Positions 6,371-8,070 of a stretch of 8,070 bases of DNA are shown here, in pieces (position 1 is the first letter of the stretch; each line of letters opens with the position of its first letter). This DNA comes from an uncultured delta proteobacterium. GTDB lineage: Bacteria; Myxococcota; Myxococcia; Myxococcales; Anaeromyxobacteraceae. The notes below the pieces were generated by a model. The model saw only the letters and a list, made by a program, of their open reading frames with translations, made no database searches and was not told the DNA's origin. The stretch is taken from contig CAWJSR010000004.1 of NCBI GenBank assembly GCA_963845515.1, positions 1 through 8,070 of the forward strand, in the 5' to 3' direction. A program made the position numbers and the translations under genes.

Positions 6371-6946
6371 GCTCAAGCCCGCGAGCTTCTGGGCCCGGCT
6401 CCTGAAGCTCGTGGACGACGAGCTCACCGAGCCGCACGACCTCATCATCGTCGGCGGTGCCGCCATCGGCCTCCGGTACGCTGCGACGCACCTGACCTCG
6501 GATTTCGACAGCGTCACGTCCTCGACGGACCGAACGCTCTGGGCCGCCTTCGAGCGTGCCGGCGTCGTGCTGCAGCAGGAACAGGGGCTGCGGCGGCCTC
6601 CAAAGGTCAGCGCCATCGGCGTCTCCTTCGAGCCGCCCGAGGACTGGGAGCGCCGGCTCCGAAAGGTCCCGCTGCTGCTCCGCCGCCTCCGAGTCTACGT
6701 TCCCGAGCGCCACGACCTCGCGCTCTCCAAGGTCGCCCGCGGCCTCTCGCGCGACTTTGCTGCGCTGAAAGCGATGCACCAGGCGAGCCCTTTCGACTGC
6801 GCACGCTCGTCGAGCGCTACGAGGAAGCCCGCCGCGTCCGCGTCGGCGACAACCGGCGCTTCAAGGCGAACTTCCTGGCGCTGGTCGCGGAGCTCTTCGG
6901 CGAGGAGGAGGCCGAGCGAGTCGAGCCGGCGCTTCGGGCGGACTGA
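6363..6946 (+). CDS. DUF6036/AbiEii-like nucleotidyltransferase, one frameshift near 6797
   Basis: Motifs LIIVGGAAIGL...HLTSDFD (GG...TxDxD), PEDWERR and DLALSKVARG..RD. The C-terminus continues in the shifted frame as LRTLVERYEE...NFLALVAELFGEEEAERVEPALRAD* (TGA 6944-6946). Confidence 0.75.
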
Positions 6947-6958
6947 CGGCGAGTGCAC

Positions 6959-7363
6959 ATGCGGACTGCGGCAACCCTCCTCGGACTCCTGCTCGCCATC
7001 ACTCCGGCCCTGGCTGGCGACACGCCCCGGCGCGACAAGGGCATCTCGATGCACATGCTGCCCAAGCAAGTCGCCGACATGGGCGGCAGGCGCTGGGGCC
7101 TGGTCGTGACGTACGCCGACTACCTGATGCCCGAGCCAGCGGAGCCGGTGCTCCAGTCGGCCACCGAAGTCGTCGCATTTGCCAGAAAGCAGGACCCCAA
7201 GGTCCAGGCGAACGGCATCTGGATCGTCACAACCCATCCCGACGCATACTCCGACATGGAGAAGAGGGTTCTCGATGACGTCAAGGCGTTCTGCCGCAGG
7301 GAGCGCATCGCCCTCTTCATCGCCCGAGGATCCGAGCTGCCCAGTGGCTGGCAACGTTACTAG
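6959..7363 (+). CDS. Secreted hypothetical protein
   Basis: Signal peptide MRTAATLLGLLLAITPALA|GD with an AxA cleavage site; GC3-biased ORF ending at TAG 7361-7363. Confidence 0.75.
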   Translation: MRTAATLLGLLLAITPALAGDTPRRDKGISMHMLPKQVADMGGRRWGLVVTYADYLMPEPAEPVLQSATEVVAFARKQDPKVQANGIWIVTTHPDAYSDMEKRVLDDVKAFCRRERIALFIARGSELPSGWQRY

Positions 7364-7382
7364 CCTGCAGGCCGAGTTCGCC

Positions 7383-8070
7383 ATGGCCCTGCCTCTCTGC
7401 GTGCTCCTTCCAGGCTTCGACGGCAGCGGCGGCCTCTTCGCGCCCCTCCTCGCCCAGTGGGACCTTCCGTTCAAGCCCCGCGTCGTGGCCCTTCCCGCCG
7501 ATGTCCCGCGAGGCTACGACGAGCTGGTGGCTTGGCTGGAGCCCCAGCTCCCCACCGAGCCTTTCGGGCTCCTGGCCGAGTCCTTCTCGGGCCCGCTGGC
7601 GATCCGCGTGGCGGCGCGGCACCCGGAGCTGGTTACCCACCTCGTCCTCGCCGCGACATTTCTGCGCGCGCCGCTGCATCCGTGGCTCGCGCCCGTCGCG
7701 TTTCTGGCTCGACCCTCGCTCTTCGCACGGCCGCCACCGGCCATCGGGATCCGAACGCTTCTCGCAGGGTGGGACGCGCCGGCGGACGTCGTCGAGACGA
7801 TCCGCGGCGCCATGGCGGTACTGCCAGCGGAAGTTGCGTCGGCGCGAGCACGAGCAGCGCTCGCCGCAGACGAGGCGGCCACCTTCGCGCGCATTACCTT
7901 GCCCACACTCTGGATCACGGCGATGGCGGACCGCCTGCTGAGGCCGGGGCACCTGGAAGACCTACGCGCAGCACGCCCCGACGCGAAGGTCGCGCTGATC
8001 GAGGGGCCGCACACAATCCTCCAACGGCGGCCGCGAGAGTGCCTGAGAGAGATCGCACGGTTCATCACCT
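7383..8070 (+). CDS. Alpha/beta fold hydrolase, 3' end outside the window
   Basis: Open frame from ATG 7383 to the window end (absent from the ORF track). Motifs: LLPGFDGSGGLF, nucleophile elbow LLAESFSGPLA (Ser 7581), ADRLL (Asp 7929) and IEGPH (His 8010). Confidence 0.88.
   Translation, partial: MALPLCVLLPGFDGSGGLFAPLLAQWDLPFKPRVVALPADVPRGYDELVAWLEPQLPTEPFGLLAESFSGPLAIRVAARHPELVTHLVLAATFLRAPLHPWLAPVAFLARPSLFARPPPAIGIRTLLAGWDAPADVVETIRGAMAVLPAEVASARARAALAADEAATFARITLPTLWITAMADRLLRPGHLEDLRAARPDAKVALIEGPHTILQRRPRECLREIARFIT

Noticed and set aside
6363..6946. Nucleotidyltransferase as a CBASS CD-NTase partner of the E1/JAB
   Set aside because: It is only ~195 aa and has the GG...TxDxD pattern of DUF6036/AbiEii-like proteins rather than the GS...DxD pattern of CD-NTases; no CBASS effector is in view.
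6947..7109. C-terminal extension of the 248-aa ORF 6363-7109
   Set aside because: It results from the frameshift near 6797 and overlaps the secreted-protein gene.
1..8070. CRISPR array, IS element, rRNA/tRNA or tandem repeat array
   Set aside because: No regularly spaced repeats, transposase or integrase motifs, or structural RNA signatures were seen by eye.

Overview
GC-rich bacterial window (Myxococcota/Anaeromyxobacter-like by composition and gene style; inference). It contains many single-base indels that look like uncorrected long-read errors. Left part: a frameshifted lipoprotein gene (minus strand), a RibD-C/DHFR-family protein, a LysR remnant, and a decayed methylcitrate operon in which only prpC is near-intact; prpB survives as its last ~17 codons and prpD as its two ends fused. 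Centre (3458-5867), the main finding: a compact three-gene ubiquitination-like operon made of a stand-alone E2/UBC-like protein with a candidate catalytic Cys, a 65-aa protein ending ...VFAARG (candidate modifier, not recognisably a ubiquitin fold), and a ~607-aa JAB protease + Cys-less E2/RWD-like + ThiF/E1 fusion whose E1 has no apparent catalytic Cys (a Tyr lies in that loop). Right part: a coupled gene pair encoding a DUF6036/AbiEii-like nucleotidyltransferase and a partner (toxin-antitoxin-like), a secreted hypothetical protein, and an alpha/beta hydrolase that runs off the window. All family calls come from reading motifs by eye; no searches were run.
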